From contig CAWDOY010000042.1 of assembly GCA_963803975.1 (NCBI GenBank), forward strand, positions 1-64,000: a stretch of 64,000 nucleotides of DNA, given 5' to 3'. Below the pieces are notes generated by a model. The model was not told the DNA's origin. It saw only the letters and a program-made list of their open reading frames with translations, and did no database searches. The stretch comes from an uncultured delta proteobacterium (GTDB lineage Bacteria > Desulfobacterota > WTBG01 > CAIYCZ01). A program made the translations under genes and the position numbers. This document shows positions 1 to 9,848 of the stretch, piece after piece (position 1 is the stretch's first letter; each line of letters opens with the position of its first letter).

Positions 1-200
1 CAATTGCACGTTGTATCCATTCATCTTTTATTATAGCGCTTTCTGCCCTCCTGCATGTATATAAAAAATATTGGGTATATTTCATATACTATTTATCGCA
101 TTCACCTTGTATGAATCATGTAACATCAGTATTATGAATAAACCTGTTATATTTTACCGGTTTCTGGAATATTATTTCCTCTCAGTACAGAACATTTCCC

Positions 201-240
201 AAAAATGATAAGGGAGGCCAGAGCCTCCCCTATCAGTTTT
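201..240. terminator. Intrinsic terminator hairpin, probably bidirectional, downstream of the rhodanese gene
   Basis: GATAAGGGAGGC/GCCTCCCCTATC stem with an A5 tract on the left and a T tract on the right. Confidence 0.6.
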
Positions 241-306
241 GTTCCCCTCCTTGCAACATCTCTTCCTTGAATTATCTTCAAGGTTTACAGCCTGTTTTTC
301 AGTCAA

Positions 307-2112
307 TTATCTCGGCTCGCCGGTCTCCCGCGGGTTATCCGGGTTTGTGCTCCACTCATACCAGCCGCCGTCGTAGTTTGCCGCAGGCCAGCCGAGCAGA
401 TAGGCGTAGTAGGTATAGAGCCCGGAACGCCAGCCGGTGCCGCAGTAGAAATACATCTTCTTGTCAGGAGAAAACCCGGCGGCCTCCCAGTTTTTCTTCA
501 CAATGCCCATGCTCTGGACCGTATTAATGTCACTGCCGATGAGTTCGGTCCAGTCGCCGATCCACTGCGCGCAGGGTATTCTCGCCTTTTTCGTCAAAGT
601 AGCCGTAATAGGAGTTTGTGACGCCGGTGAATTCATCCCTCGATGGTCATCGGTTACCGTGAAGTACCGCCGGGATTTCACCATTACAGGCTTTTTTACA
701 TCGTCCATGGTGGCAAGAAGGTCAGGTCTGCCCGCTGATTCTCCAAACGCAACCGGCTCCAGGGTTTTTGCCGTGCCTTCCGTTGCTCCGCCGTATTTAA
801 TCCAGGCGTCATAGCCGCCATTTAAAACACGCACGTCTTTGACTCCGGCAAGCAGCAGTGCCCAGGCGACCCGGCCGCAGCTCATAATGTCATTGCCGTA
901 AACCACCACGGTCTTGTCCGCCGAGATGCCGATTCCGCTCAGGAATTTCTGCAGATCAGGAATGGATTTTACGTTTGCGTCATGGGCGCTGTCATACATG
1001 GGCTCGCGGCTCGGGCCGTTTTCAACATCGTAGGTATCCATGAAGATGGCACCCGGGATATGGCCCATGGTATAGTCAGTGGGATCTGATGTATATTCAG
1101 GTGTCCATGAGGTTTCGACGATGACATAACCGTTGTTCTGATAGGTCGGGGGGTTGTCACCGCTGATGAGGGCATCAACCCAGGCCGGATAGACAAGTGA
1201 CTGGTAGTTTTCCATCTTTCCCATAGGAAGTGCTGCATCCGCGCCCCAGTCGACAATCGAGCCGGCGTAATTTGAGCATCTGCTGTAGCCCATGAGACGA
1301 AGGATGAAATAACCGAACCCGCTGCGGATACCGACCGTGCAGTTTGCGGTCACTTCCTTGTCCGTGGTAATGCCGTTTCCTTCCAGCAGGCTTTTCAGAT
1401 CCTCGTAGCCAAGGACCGTTGAGTCAGGGTTAAAAAAGTTCTCATAGCTGACATTGATTGCGCCCGGTACATGGCCGCCGCGGGACTCGCCATAGAGTGT
1501 CCAGCCGTTGTATTCCTGGAAGGTGCGGGTATCAAGAACGGCAAAATCCGCATTGTTCAGCCGGGAGGCGATATGGTCCTTTGTCGCCAGCCGGTCGCTC
1601 TGCACGCTCGCGGTGAAGGTCGCGCCCTCAAGCTCCATGGCATACATGTCCTCGGTGGGGCGGCCGTCTTCCATCCACTTGTCCCAGCCGCCGCTGAGGA
1701 TATGCACGTCATCGCAGCCCAGGTACTCAAGCATCCAGAATATGCGGCCTGCTGCGCCCCACGAATAGAGCGCGTTATCATAGATGATGATTTTTTTATC
1801 CCGGGATAGTCCTGCAGCGCCAAGCAGTTGCTCAAGCTCGCTCACCGGCTTGAGTTGTATCGGGGTAACCACAAACTCCTGCCAGCGAAGGTTGATGGAG
1901 CCGGGGATCTTTTGTGAAGCATTCCCATATGCACGGGCATCAATGATTACCATGTTTGAGGTCTGCGCGTTTATGAGTTCCTCCAGCTGGTCCCCCGTAA
2001 TAAGCAGGCTGGCATTCGGATAGCTCTTGCTGTCCTGAGTGCAGCCCGCTGCCAGCAGCGTGATCATTGGCACGAGCAGCAGACACCATAATCCATTTCT
2101 TGTTCTCTTCAT
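307..2112 (-). CDS. Four-domain rhodanese/sulfurtransferase lipoprotein (YnjE-like)
   Basis: Lipobox LAAGC; repeated GHIPGA/GHVPGA and LxGGWxxW motifs; active-site loops CTVGIRS and CGTGWRS (YnjE-type); C-terminal YDGGWYEW. A short stretch near 580-650 reads better in another frame (DEFTGVTNSYYGYFDEKG), indicating compensating indels. Confidence 0.88.
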   Translation of the reverse strand: MKRTRNGLWCLLLVPMITLLAAGCTQDSKSYPNASLLITGDQLEELINAQTSNMVIIDARAYGNASQKIPGSINLRWQEFVVTPIQLKPVSELEQLLGAAGLSRDKKIIIYDNALYSWGAAGRIFWMLEYLGCDDVHILSGGWDKWMEDGRPTEDMYAMELEGATFTASVQSDRLATKDHIASRLNNADFAVLDTRTFQEYNGWTLYGESRGGHVPGAINVSYENFFNPDSTVLGYEDLKSLLEGNGITTDKEVTANCTVGIRSGFGYFILRLMGYSRCSNYAGSIVDWGADAALPMGKMENYQSLVYPAWVDALISGDNPPTYQNNGYVIVETSWTPEYTSDPTDYTMGHIPGAIFMDTYDVENGPSREPMYDSAHDANVKSIPDLQKFLSGIGISADKTVVVYGNDIMSCGRVAWALLLAGVKDVRVLNGGYDAWIKYGGATEGTAKTLEPVAFGESAGRPDLLATMDDVKKPVMVKSRRYFTVTDDHRGMNSPASQTPITATLTKKARIPCAQWIGDWTELIGSDINTVQSMGIVKKNWEAAGFSPDKKMYFYCGTGWRSGLYTYYAYLLGWPAANYDGGWYEWSTNPDNPRETGEPR

Positions 2113-2174
2113 ACTTCATTCTCCTTTTTTTGTTACCGCTTTGTTTTAGGTTTACTCTATCTGTAAAAATATTG

Positions 2175-2641
2175 TTACGGAGACAGGGACAGCCGCAGCT
2201 GGGAGGCAAAGACCGGGATACTGCCGGAGTAGGCAACCCCGCAGTAAATCCAGACAAACCCGTACGGCTGGTCGCTGTCGCCGATTTCAACAATCTGGGC
2301 TATCATGCCCTTTGATACGCCAAGCCGGTAGATGGGAATTGTGCCCGCGCTGGAAGATGCGACGCCGGTCATGAATATCAGGTCTCCGGCCTTGTCATCT
2401 TTTTGCAAAGTGATGCCGAGCGTTCCTTTCCCATGACCGCAACAAAAAACTGCGGGCACCCGAGAGGGAAAGGGCGCTGCCTGGCGTATATCAATACTGT
2501 GCGTCATGCCGGGAAGAATGACGCTGACATTAATCAGTCTGTCAGTTGTTTGTGCATGAACTGCCGATGGTGAGAACAGGAAGAACGCGCAAACAATACA
2601 TCCGACAGCATCGTTTTTTTATTATCTTTTAGTATGTTCAT
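2175..2641 (-). CDS. Putative secreted hypothetical protein (frameshift near 2610)
   Basis: ORF 2175-2507 stays open upstream as AVGCIVCAFFLFSPSAVHAQ (signal-peptide-like) and joins MNILKDNKKT across a T7 run. Confidence 0.5.
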
Positions 2642-2678
2642 AAATTTCTTGCTTACAGAGTCGCATATTATATTTATC

Positions 2679-2773
2679 TGGAGGCCGGGTTCGGAGTCGA
2701 ACCGAACAGCACACTTGCTCAGTGCACTCAACGGGTTTGCAGTCCGCGGGGAGCCCGGCTCCCTAAACCGGCC
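2679..2773 (-). tRNA. tRNA-Cys(GCA) with tRNA-Sec-like architecture (selC*-type, 8/4 fold, long variable arm)
   Basis: Minus strand GGCCGGTT-TA-GGGAGC CGG GCTCCC-C-GCGGA CTGCAAA CCCGT-TG-AGTGCACT GAGCA AGTGTGCT-GT-TCGG TTCGACT CCGA-ACCCGGCC-T-CCA: anticodon GCA, U73 discriminator, encoded CCA, 6-bp D stem, 8-bp variable arm. Confidence 0.88.
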
Positions 2774-2876
2774 GCACGGCTTTTTGTGACGCAGGCTATT
2801 ATATTCCCCGCTTCATCGAGTACAGTCAAATTGATAATCCCTATAGTTCAGCAGCCGCGATATAGAAATTACCAAT

Positions 2877-2906
2877 TTGCATCTTTTGCCGGCTCTGTAA
2901 TAGACT
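2877..2906 (+). promoter_or_regulatory. Possible sigma-70 promoter for the rhodanese-YdjY gene
   Basis: TTGCAT-N18-TAGACT upstream of the AGGAGG RBS and the ATG at 2942. Confidence 0.35.
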
Positions 2907-2941
2907 TCAGGTAACAGAAAATCCATCAACAGGAGGTTACC

Positions 2942-4135
2942 ATGCGTTACAGAAACGGAACAGGAACACATGCAAAAGGAATCGGTAGTGTTGTTTTACT
3001 CGTGCTGCTCTCGTGCTCGCTCACTGCCTGCACGCAATCAACGAGCATGCAAACGCTGCAGCAGGCGATCTTGGCCGGAGACACGGCACCTGATAATGAA
3101 GAACGGCTGCTGGTGGTAGACGTACGGGACAGCAGTGATTTTATTGCGGGGCACATACAGGACGCGCTCTCCGTGCCGCTGTCAATGATTGCACAGGGCG
3201 GCCAGCCGCTCTATACCAACGGTTATGATGAGGTAAGCCCCTCGGCTGCTACCGGCATTGCAAGCTCCTGGCTGGCGCACATGCTGATCAACCAGCTGGT
3301 GAATGATTTTTCAAGCACCTATGAGAACTCCCGGATCGTATTTTACGGGGCGGCCGCAGCAGACGGCAGGGAGGCGGCCCGGCTTGCTCAAAGCGTGGGA
3401 TACAAAAATGTTTCATTTCTCGATGGAGATTATTCTTCATGGAACGGAAAATACAGCGACCTCACCAAGCCGTTCTATGACGGTGTGGAGACGGTTGATG
3501 TGTCTGAAGGCTCTTTTATAATGACCGGGTATATCAATAATTCCAATTTTCAGAATGTTTCAACCCGAGGCACCCATCATGGAATCATATACAAACATGG
3601 CGGCCTGCATAATAACGGGCTCCTGCGGGTAAATATGGCTCCTTTTTGCTTTCAGGAGTTATTGACCTATCTTGGTGCAAGCCCGGACGGTAACATGGCA
3701 GATGGTATTAATTTCGGTACTATGGATGACTGGGGGAGCAAATTTCCTAACGGGCAGAAACGTCGATTACAGTGTTAGTTGGGACGGTGCAGATAAATTT
3801 TACGCTTTTCTGAAATCTTTGAAGAAAAGGCATCCGAATATCAGCCCGATCCCGCAGCCTTTAAGCCGGTGGGTATTGAGTCCCGCATTGGCGGCACCAG
3901 GGATTCCAACATGAACTGGAATCCGGGCTGTATTTTCTGCTGGTATGCCTGCGTCTGTCGGTATTACGCAGCAATGCCACGGACCAATGAAGACACCTGG
4001 TTCAGTGACGGCGGAACCTACGACGAAGACATCCGCGGAAACCGAAATTTTTATGCCGGACGCTATTACCCGAAGATGGATATTCTGCCGGGTGAGGGGA
4101 AGCCGATTAAAGTCAAGGTGACTATTTCAAAATAG
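2942..4135 (+). CDS. Lipoprotein: rhodanese domain fused to a YdjY-like Cys-rich domain (frameshifts ~3760-3870)
   Basis: Lipobox LTAC; VVDVRD..F.AGHI.DA and LDGDY rhodanese motifs, no active-site Cys visible; THHGI, LGASPDGNM and WNPGCIFCWYACVC are YdjY-like; pieces 2942-3778, 3672-3914 and 3869-4135 join. Confidence 0.7.
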
Positions 4136-4159
4136 AACCATACAGCACACATAACCGAG

Positions 4160-4204
4160 GGGCAGTTCCGGCAGCAGTGAATGGCGACCGGAACTGCCCT
4201 TTTA
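4160..4204 (+). terminator. Intrinsic terminator
   Basis: GGGCAGTTCCGG/CCGGAACTGCCC 12-bp stem followed by TTTT. Confidence 0.7.
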
Positions 4205-4226
4205 TTTATCCATAAGTATCCTCCGT

Positions 4227-5153
4227 ATGCCTCTCAATAATCATTCCCAGGCCATTGTCCTCCGAAAAACTGGTAAAGATACTTGCCATGGTCAGCCTGG
4301 CAGCCTATGCCGTTCTGGAGTTCTATTTTTTCAAAATAAATTACAATCCGGCCGGCTATATCGGGGCAGGGCTGCTCATCTTCTTCGGCCTGTGGAGGAT
4401 TGACAATGAAAAGGACCCCTACCAGAAAGGCGAGGATTATAATTATCCTCTCAGCTTTCGTGCTGTTCTGGCTGATTATTCCGCTGGCCTTCAAGGTGAA
4501 GGTGCCCATCCTCGGCGGCGAGTGGGGAAGCTTTCCGGCGATACACACCATCGGGTCGCTTGCATTTTTCATCTACATGGGGATAGTGCTGCTGTTCGGG
4601 AAGCGCGTTGACTGCGGCTGGTGCTGCCCGTGCGTCACCGCGCGGGAAACCATCGGCTATCCGTTCCGGGACAAAACGCCAAGAAACGGGCTGTGGTGGA
4701 AGCTCAGGCATTTGAAATGGCTGAGCCTGTCGCTTCTTGTCGTGTATCTTGCCCTCATGATTATTGACGCGGGCACTGCCTACAACCGGGCGGGGAAATT
4801 CTATTATGATTTTATAACCTACGGCTACTACGCAAGCTTTCTCTTCATACCGCTCACCGGCAACCGCAATTTCTGCCGCGTGCTCTGCCCGTTTGCCGCG
4901 CTCTGGGGAGTATTGAGCGTTGCCGGGCTGTACCGGATCAAGGCAAAGAAAGAAGAATGTATTGCCTGCGGGAAATGTGACCTGGTTTGTGATATGGGGA
5001 TACCGGTTGCGCGGCTGGTCAGGGAGAAAGGGTGAGATTCGCACCATAGAGTGCATGGGGTGCGGCAGGTGTGTGACGGTCTGCCCGCAACACGCACTTT
5101 CATTCTATTCTGCAGCGGGATTTTTAAAAAGCCTGTTACCACCGGCTTTCTGA
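4227..5153 (+). CDS. Membrane 4Fe-4S polyferredoxin (NapH/MauN/YccM-like); frameshifted, start uncertain
   Basis: Several TM helices; GKRVDCGWCCP and RNFCRVLCP (CxxxCP) motifs; two CxxCxxCxxxC ferredoxin motifs, the second in ORF 4920-5153. Confidence 0.8.
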
Positions 5154-5178
5154 CAGATACAGTAAAATATAAAATCCA

Positions 5179-5341
5179 TTACCCCCGCTTTTTCTTTGCA
5201 GCCTTCCCTCCAGCTGCCGCCGAATCTGCCTTTTTATGGGCAGACGGTTTTGCTTTGCCGAGGGAAAGACATAACCGCCGCAGCTGCGAGACGCGTTTCA
5301 GCCGTGTGGTAATTCCCTGGGCAGAATAGATCAACGCTCAT
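5179..5341 (-). CDS. Small basic partner protein of the nucleotidyltransferase (one extra base near its start)
   Basis: Reads MSVD/YSAQGITTRLKRVSQLRRLCLSLGKAKP...; start overlaps the end of the upstream NTase gene. Confidence 0.5.
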
Positions 5342-5801
5342 CGGCACTCTCCTTTTTGAGGCGGCTGATGTCCTCAAGGTCTTGACCGCTGCCGCGCAGG
5401 GATTTCAGGGCAATCAGACCATCACGTGACACCACCCGGAGCGTGCCATGTTCCCATTCAACCTCCCGGCGGGACTCCCATGCCGGGAGAATTGCCGGTG
5501 TGACCAGCAGCAAATCGAGCATCAGCATGTCCCCGGATTCAGGATCAAGTTTTGAGATCCGGCGAATTTCAATTCCCTTATCAGCAAATCGCATGGGGAG
5601 CGCTTCTTTTTTATAGCCGAGCTCTCGAGCCAGCTGCATTACAGCCTCAAGAGCTTCAGGCATAATCAACAGATCAATGTCTATAGTTGCGCGGGGAATA
5701 CCATATACCGCCAGTGCTAACCCGCCGCATAAGGCATAGTCAATAGTATGCTCCGCCAGAAGAGTAACTACCTTATTAAATTCATCATATAGATCTAACA
5801 T
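5331..5801 (-). CDS. Nucleotidyltransferase-fold protein (DUF6036/AbiEii-like)
   Basis: YALCGGLALAVYGIPRATIDIDLL (GG..A....R.T.DID) and LIALKSLRGSGQDLEDI motifs. Confidence 0.8.
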   Translation of the reverse strand: MLDLYDEFNKVVTLLAEHTIDYALCGGLALAVYGIPRATIDIDLLIMPEALEAVMQLARELGYKKEALPMRFADKGIEIRRISKLDPESGDMLMLDLLLVTPAILPAWESRREVEWEHGTLRVVSRDGLIALKSLRGSGQDLEDISRLKKESADER

Positions 5802-6083
5802 GTTTGAGCCTGATGGATGGTAGGCGCACAGTAAGTCCGTGCGACTGCAGTGGATAGTTAATTAGATAGTAATAAGGGAATTTTGTCAATAAAACATGAA
5901 ATGAACCGGGGGTTATGAATAATACAAACAGGGGAAGCTTTATTGTGCTGTTAAAGTTTGTCTTGACCATGAGCCCGGTGATGGTGGATACTTATCTATA
6001 TAAACAGGGTGTGGCGGCAATTTTTTACTGCTCTCACCTGCTGTATATGCCCCCCTCATTTATAAATAGAAAAGGAGGCTTAC

Positions 6084-6959
6084 ATGAAAAAAATACTGAT
6101 TGTCATAATCTGTTTTGTATGCCTTTGTGCTTTTTCTCAGGTCTCTTCCGCTGATACGGTGACCAGGACGCTCACCGTATCAAAGGCGGACATGCTCAAT
6201 GCATCTGCATTCTCTCTTTCTTTTAACCTTGGCGGGGCACAGGTGAATTTCACCAGAAGCGACAGCGAAGACATAATTGTTAAAGCAGTGGTCACCTATG
6301 ATGATGCACGACCGGCGCCCGCTCTTACAACATCCGGCTCAGGCGGAACCTTTACCGCGAAATTCACATCGGGCATTGAGAGTGACAACGATCAGGTTCC
6401 GGAAATTGAGAAATGGGCGGTAACCATTGGCAGCTTTGACATTGACACAGATCTGGGAATTAACGGCGGCGGTCTTGCCGGCAGCATGGAGCTTGGCGGG
6501 CTGCCGCTGAGAACATGCAATTTCAACCTGGGCGGGGTCAGCATGGATATAAATTTCAGTACGCCCACCACCCGGCAGGTGGAAAAGCTGAGCATCCAGA
6601 GCGGCGGGATAGCACTCACCATGTCAAATATAGGAAATACCGATTTTGGAGAGTTTCAATTATTGGGCGGCGGGTACATCGGGACGCTTGACTTTCAGGG
6701 AACATTGACCAGCCTGCAGCACAAGGCAACAATCATAGCTGCAGGAAGCACTTTTAAACTATCAGTCCCCCCGGACGCAGGAGAAAAATTCAAAATCATT
6801 TCTGTGGGTGCCCTGGTATCATTACCAGGCAGCGGATGGAATAAGAAAGGCATGTTCTTTGTCAAAGAGTATACTACTGATGATTATGCCTCCCGTAATA
6901 TAAAACTGGATTTTGATCTTCTTGCAGCAGGGGCTCTGGTCAGCATAGCCCGGCAATAA
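6084..6959 (+). CDS. Secreted beta-strand-rich protein (toast-rack/LiaF-like repeats)
   Basis: AGGAGG RBS; signal peptide; repeated (F/I)NLGG/SGG beta units. Confidence 0.55.
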   Translation: MKKILIVIICFVCLCAFSQVSSADTVTRTLTVSKADMLNASAFSLSFNLGGAQVNFTRSDSEDIIVKAVVTYDDARPAPALTTSGSGGTFTAKFTSGIESDNDQVPEIEKWAVTIGSFDIDTDLGINGGGLAGSMELGGLPLRTCNFNLGGVSMDINFSTPTTRQVEKLSIQSGGIALTMSNIGNTDFGEFQLLGGGYIGTLDFQGTLTSLQHKATIIAAGSTFKLSVPPDAGEKFKIISVGALVSLPGSGWNKKGMFFVKEYTTDDYASRNIKLDFDLLAAGALVSIARQ

Positions 6960-7021
6960 CCAACTATCTGGCAGGGGCACAGCTACCGGCATCAGGATTA
7001 AAAGCTTTAATGCTTGCATTC

Positions 7022-7230
7022 ATGACCAAAACGCTCGCCAGCGTCAATGAAGACCTGAAGGCAGGTAAAACAGTCGTTGTGACTGTTGCCGGGCAGAATG
7101 CCGCTCCCCTGCAGCCGGCCTCTGAGGAAAATGCTCCAGACGTGCACGCCGTAACTACTGCCACCTTCGAAAGCGCCATGCACCGCATACCCTTACCCGC
7201 TGCCGGCAAAACCAGAAGAAGGCGGAGTAG
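7022..7230 (+). pseudogene. Degenerate N-terminal remnant resembling the homocysteine-biosynthesis sulfur-incorporation enzyme (DUF39/MA1821-type)
   Basis: KTLASVNEDLKAGKTVVVT ... DVHAVTTATF resembles the family N-terminus KTxxEINEKIxxGxAVVVT ... VDVVTTGTF (recalled); ends at a MITE. Confidence 0.45.
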
Positions 7231-7384
7231 CAGGTTGCCGGGAAAACAGTTCTTCCCAGGCTGGTCAAAAACATCCAGATGCAAGGCGTGCGAAATTCTC
7301 GAGGAATGAGGCGTACTTTTTACCGTACGTCGCAATGACGAAGGATAAGCAGAACGAAGCAGATGGGTGTTTTTCAACGGCCTG
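7231..7384 (+). mobile_element. MITE copy 1 (~152-bp family)
   Basis: Closely similar to 42041-42192 and to the reverse complement of 54184-54335; CAGG...CCTG termini; follows TAG. Confidence 0.85.
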
Positions 7385-7388
7385 CTTT

Positions 7389-7889
7389 TTATTTGAGCGC
7401 CTTCAGTGCTGCCGCGTAATCTGGCTCCTGGCCGATCTCGGGGACCTGTTCGGTATATATCACCTTCCCCTGCCCGTCAATAATCACCACTGCCCGGGCA
7501 AACAGCCCTGCCAGCGGGCCGTCCACAATCCGCACGCCGTAATCTTCACCGAATTTGCGCCGGCGCAGCTCTGATGCCGGGATCACCTGCTCCAGCCCTT
7601 CCGCGCCGCAAAAACGCTTGAGCGCGAACGGCAGGTCAACTGACACACAGAGCACCACCGTGTTTGCGAGCTTGCCGGCTTCGGCATTAAATTTCCGCAC
7701 TGCCGCAGCGCACACGGGCGTGTCAATGCTGGGAAAAATATTCAGCACTATCTTTTTGCCGGCAAAATCCTTAAGCGATACATCCGCGAGATCGGTTCTG
7801 GTCAGAACAAAATCAGGCGCCTGCGAACCGACTGCCGGCAGCATGCCGCAGGTGTGAATGACATTTCCGCGTAGCGTTATCTCAGCCAT
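7389..7889 (-). CDS. tpx: Thiol peroxidase (atypical 2-Cys peroxiredoxin)
   Basis: [29 protein letters not shown] and EPDY motifs. Confidence 0.95.
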   Translation of the reverse strand: MAEITLRGNVIHTCGMLPAVGSQAPDFVLTRTDLADVSLKDFAGKKIVLNIFPSIDTPVCAAAVRKFNAEAGKLANTVVLCVSVDLPFALKRFCGAEGLEQVIPASELRRRKFGEDYGVRIVDGPLAGLFARAVVIIDGQGKVIYTEQVPEIGQEPDYAAALKALK

Positions 7890-8004
7890 TTTCTTCTCCT
7901 CCGGTTAATTCATTTTGCAGTTGAGAGCTGTCAGCTGTTCGGCCCAGAGCTCACGGTCGAGGGGCTTCAGCAATATTTTTTATCTCCTCTGTGCTCTGGT
8001 GGTT

Positions 8005-8904
8005 TCATGCATTCTCGCCGTGCTTTGCAAGAAATGATTTAAATTCCTTACAGAGCGGGGACGGGGTCTTTCTCCGGTTAAGGACACTGTAGAAGCTGCG
8101 CCGTATGTCTATGCCTTTGACCGGCACTTCCCTGAGCAGGCCGTATTCTTTCTCCCTGACTATCGCCCGCTCTGAGAGAAACGAGACGCCGATTCCGGCA
8201 AGTATTGCCTGCTTTACTGCCTCGGTGCTCCCCATCTCTGCGATAACCTTGAGACTGCGATAATCAACTTTCCGCGCGGCAAGGGCTTTTTCTATGGCAA
8301 TGCGGGTGCCCGAGCCGTCTTCCCGCTGGATAAGCGGTATATGCAGAAGGTCTGCGGGCAGGATGAATTCTCTGGCCCAGAGCGCGCTTTTCCGCGATGC
8401 TGCGAGCACTATTCTGTCCTCTACCAGCGTTTGATAGGCGAGCTGCTCTGCTTTTATTTTTGCGCCCACAACGCCGATCTCAATCCGGCCCGCCGTGACC
8501 GCATCAACAACCTGCCGGGTATCGCCGATGGTGAGCGTCACGGTTATCTCGGGGAATGCTTCCTTGAAGGCGCCGATCATTGCGGGCAGGATATACTCTC
8601 CCGGAATGGTGCTGGCTCCGACGCGCAGATGGCCGGATTTTTTTCCTGCATAGTGGCTGAGGCTCTGGCACGCCTTCTCCTTGAGACGGAGCATTTCCTG
8701 GGCATACTGGTAGAGCAGCTCACCGGCATGGGTGGGCTGTATCTCCTTTCCCATCCGGTCAAGCAGCTGCAGGTCAAAAAAGTTTTCCAGCGCGCTGACA
8801 TGCTGGCTGACCGTCGGCTGGGTTAAATAAATCGCTTCCGCAGCCTTGGAAAAACTTTTCAGTTCAACTACTTTACAGAAAACCTCAAGCTGTCTTAAAT
8901 CCAC
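8005..8904 (-). CDS. LysR-family regulator (CysL/selenium-metabolism-associated type)
   Basis: HTH SFSKAAEAIYLTQPTVSQHVSALE; GASTIPGEYILP and REDGSGTR motifs. Confidence 0.9.
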   Translation of the reverse strand: MDLRQLEVFCKVVELKSFSKAAEAIYLTQPTVSQHVSALENFFDLQLLDRMGKEIQPTHAGELLYQYAQEMLRLKEKACQSLSHYAGKKSGHLRVGASTIPGEYILPAMIGAFKEAFPEITVTLTIGDTRQVVDAVTAGRIEIGVVGAKIKAEQLAYQTLVEDRIVLAASRKSALWAREFILPADLLHIPLIQREDGSGTRIAIEKALAARKVDYRSLKVIAEMGSTEAVKQAILAGIGVSFLSERAIVREKEYGLLREVPVKGIDIRRSFYSVLNRRKTPSPLCKEFKSFLAKHGENA

Positions 8905-8972
8905 CAGGTCGCCTTTCTGTTGCAGAGTAGTTTAATAAATAACAGAGAAAACAAATGAAAGCAAAATAAAGT

Positions 8973-9848
8973 TTAGGGCCTGTGGGTAGGGGGCGTGACC
9001 AGTTTGCTGATGGCAGCTGGTATCAGGGAAATTATCTCATGTATCTGTGTTGCCGGGCTGAGATGGGCCATCTGGCCGGCAAGCCGGTTGGCGGTACAGG
9101 CAATGCTGCACGCTTCAGGCAGTTGATAGCCATGCTGCACAAGCCCTGCAACCATGCCGGTTATGGTGTCTCCGGTGCCGCCTACTGGCTCAAGCTCTTC
9201 AATCACCGGGCTGCTGATTTCATTAATAATCTTACCCTCAGTACAGATATAATCTCTCCTGCCCTTCACGCACAGATATCTGGCGGCATTACCGCTCGCA
9301 TAAGCACGCTCGATAAGTCCCGCGGGATTATCTTCGAGCCGGGTGAGAAAGCCTCTGGTATAGGCGGGATGCATGGCCTTATCATCGGCAAGAAATGCCA
9401 GCTCTCCCAGGTCCGGCAGGAACAGGTCATAGCAAGAGGCCTGGCCGCTTGCCTTAGCTGCATACATGAACCCCGCATCCGCTATCAGCAGCGGCCGTGA
9501 CGCCATCTTTCTGACCGAGGAGAGCATCTGGTTGTGCAGCGCGATATCGGGAATAATATAGTGCAGGCAAAGAATCGAAGCATCGAGGCGCGGCAGCTCC
9601 CGGATAAGATAGCGATAGACGCTGCGGCTGCCCGTGCGTTTGCCGATATCGCCGCCGATGACGCAGCGCGGCGCCTCATCATTGCAGCAGGCGGCAATTG
9701 CGCAGGCTGCGCCGATCATGGCAGCAGTGCCGCGGTTGATGGGAACGCTGGTTCTGCCAATGAGGAGCTTCCCGTCAGCAAGCACTGCCTCCCCGGTGAT
9801 AAGCTCAAGGTCAGTGCTGGGAATGGTACCGGCAAGCAGCAGGCTCAT
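8973..9848 (-). CDS. YjeF-C/ribokinase-fold protein (sugar-kinase-like) of Se/S-trafficking operons
   Basis: LIADAGFMY, PDLGELAFLAD, VKG..D and GGTGDTITG motifs; overlaps the upstream DUF3343 gene by 4 nt. Confidence 0.75.
   Translation of the reverse strand: MSLLLAGTIPSTDLELITGEAVLADGKLLIGRTSVPINRGTAAMIGAACAIAACCNDEAPRCVIGGDIGKRTGSRSVYRYLIRELPRLDASILCLHYIIPDIALHNQMLSSVRKMASRPLLIADAGFMYAAKASGQASCYDLFLPDLGELAFLADDKAMHPAYTRGFLTRLEDNPAGLIERAYASGNAARYLCVKGRRDYICTEGKIINEISSPVIEELEPVGGTGDTITGMVAGLVQHGYQLPEACSIACTANRLAGQMAHLSPATQIHEIISLIPAAISKLVTPPTHRP

Noticed and set aside
1..24. Start of a minus-strand gene leaving the window
   Set aside because: Only 8 codons are visible and the nearest RBS-like motif is over 20 nt away
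2679..2773. Canonical tRNA-Sec (selC)
   Set aside because: The anticodon is GCA, not TCA; the discriminator is U, not G; the acceptor plus T branch is 12 bp, not 13
5033..5035. TGA as selenocysteine in the polyferredoxin (also TGA at 18608-18610 in sucC)
   Set aside because: The conserved protein continues in a different frame, so these are frameshifts; no in-frame UGA at a Cys position was found in the window
6964..7377. ORFs starting MKNTHLLR (also 41928-42188) as a small protein family
   Set aside because: They are translations of the MITE sequence
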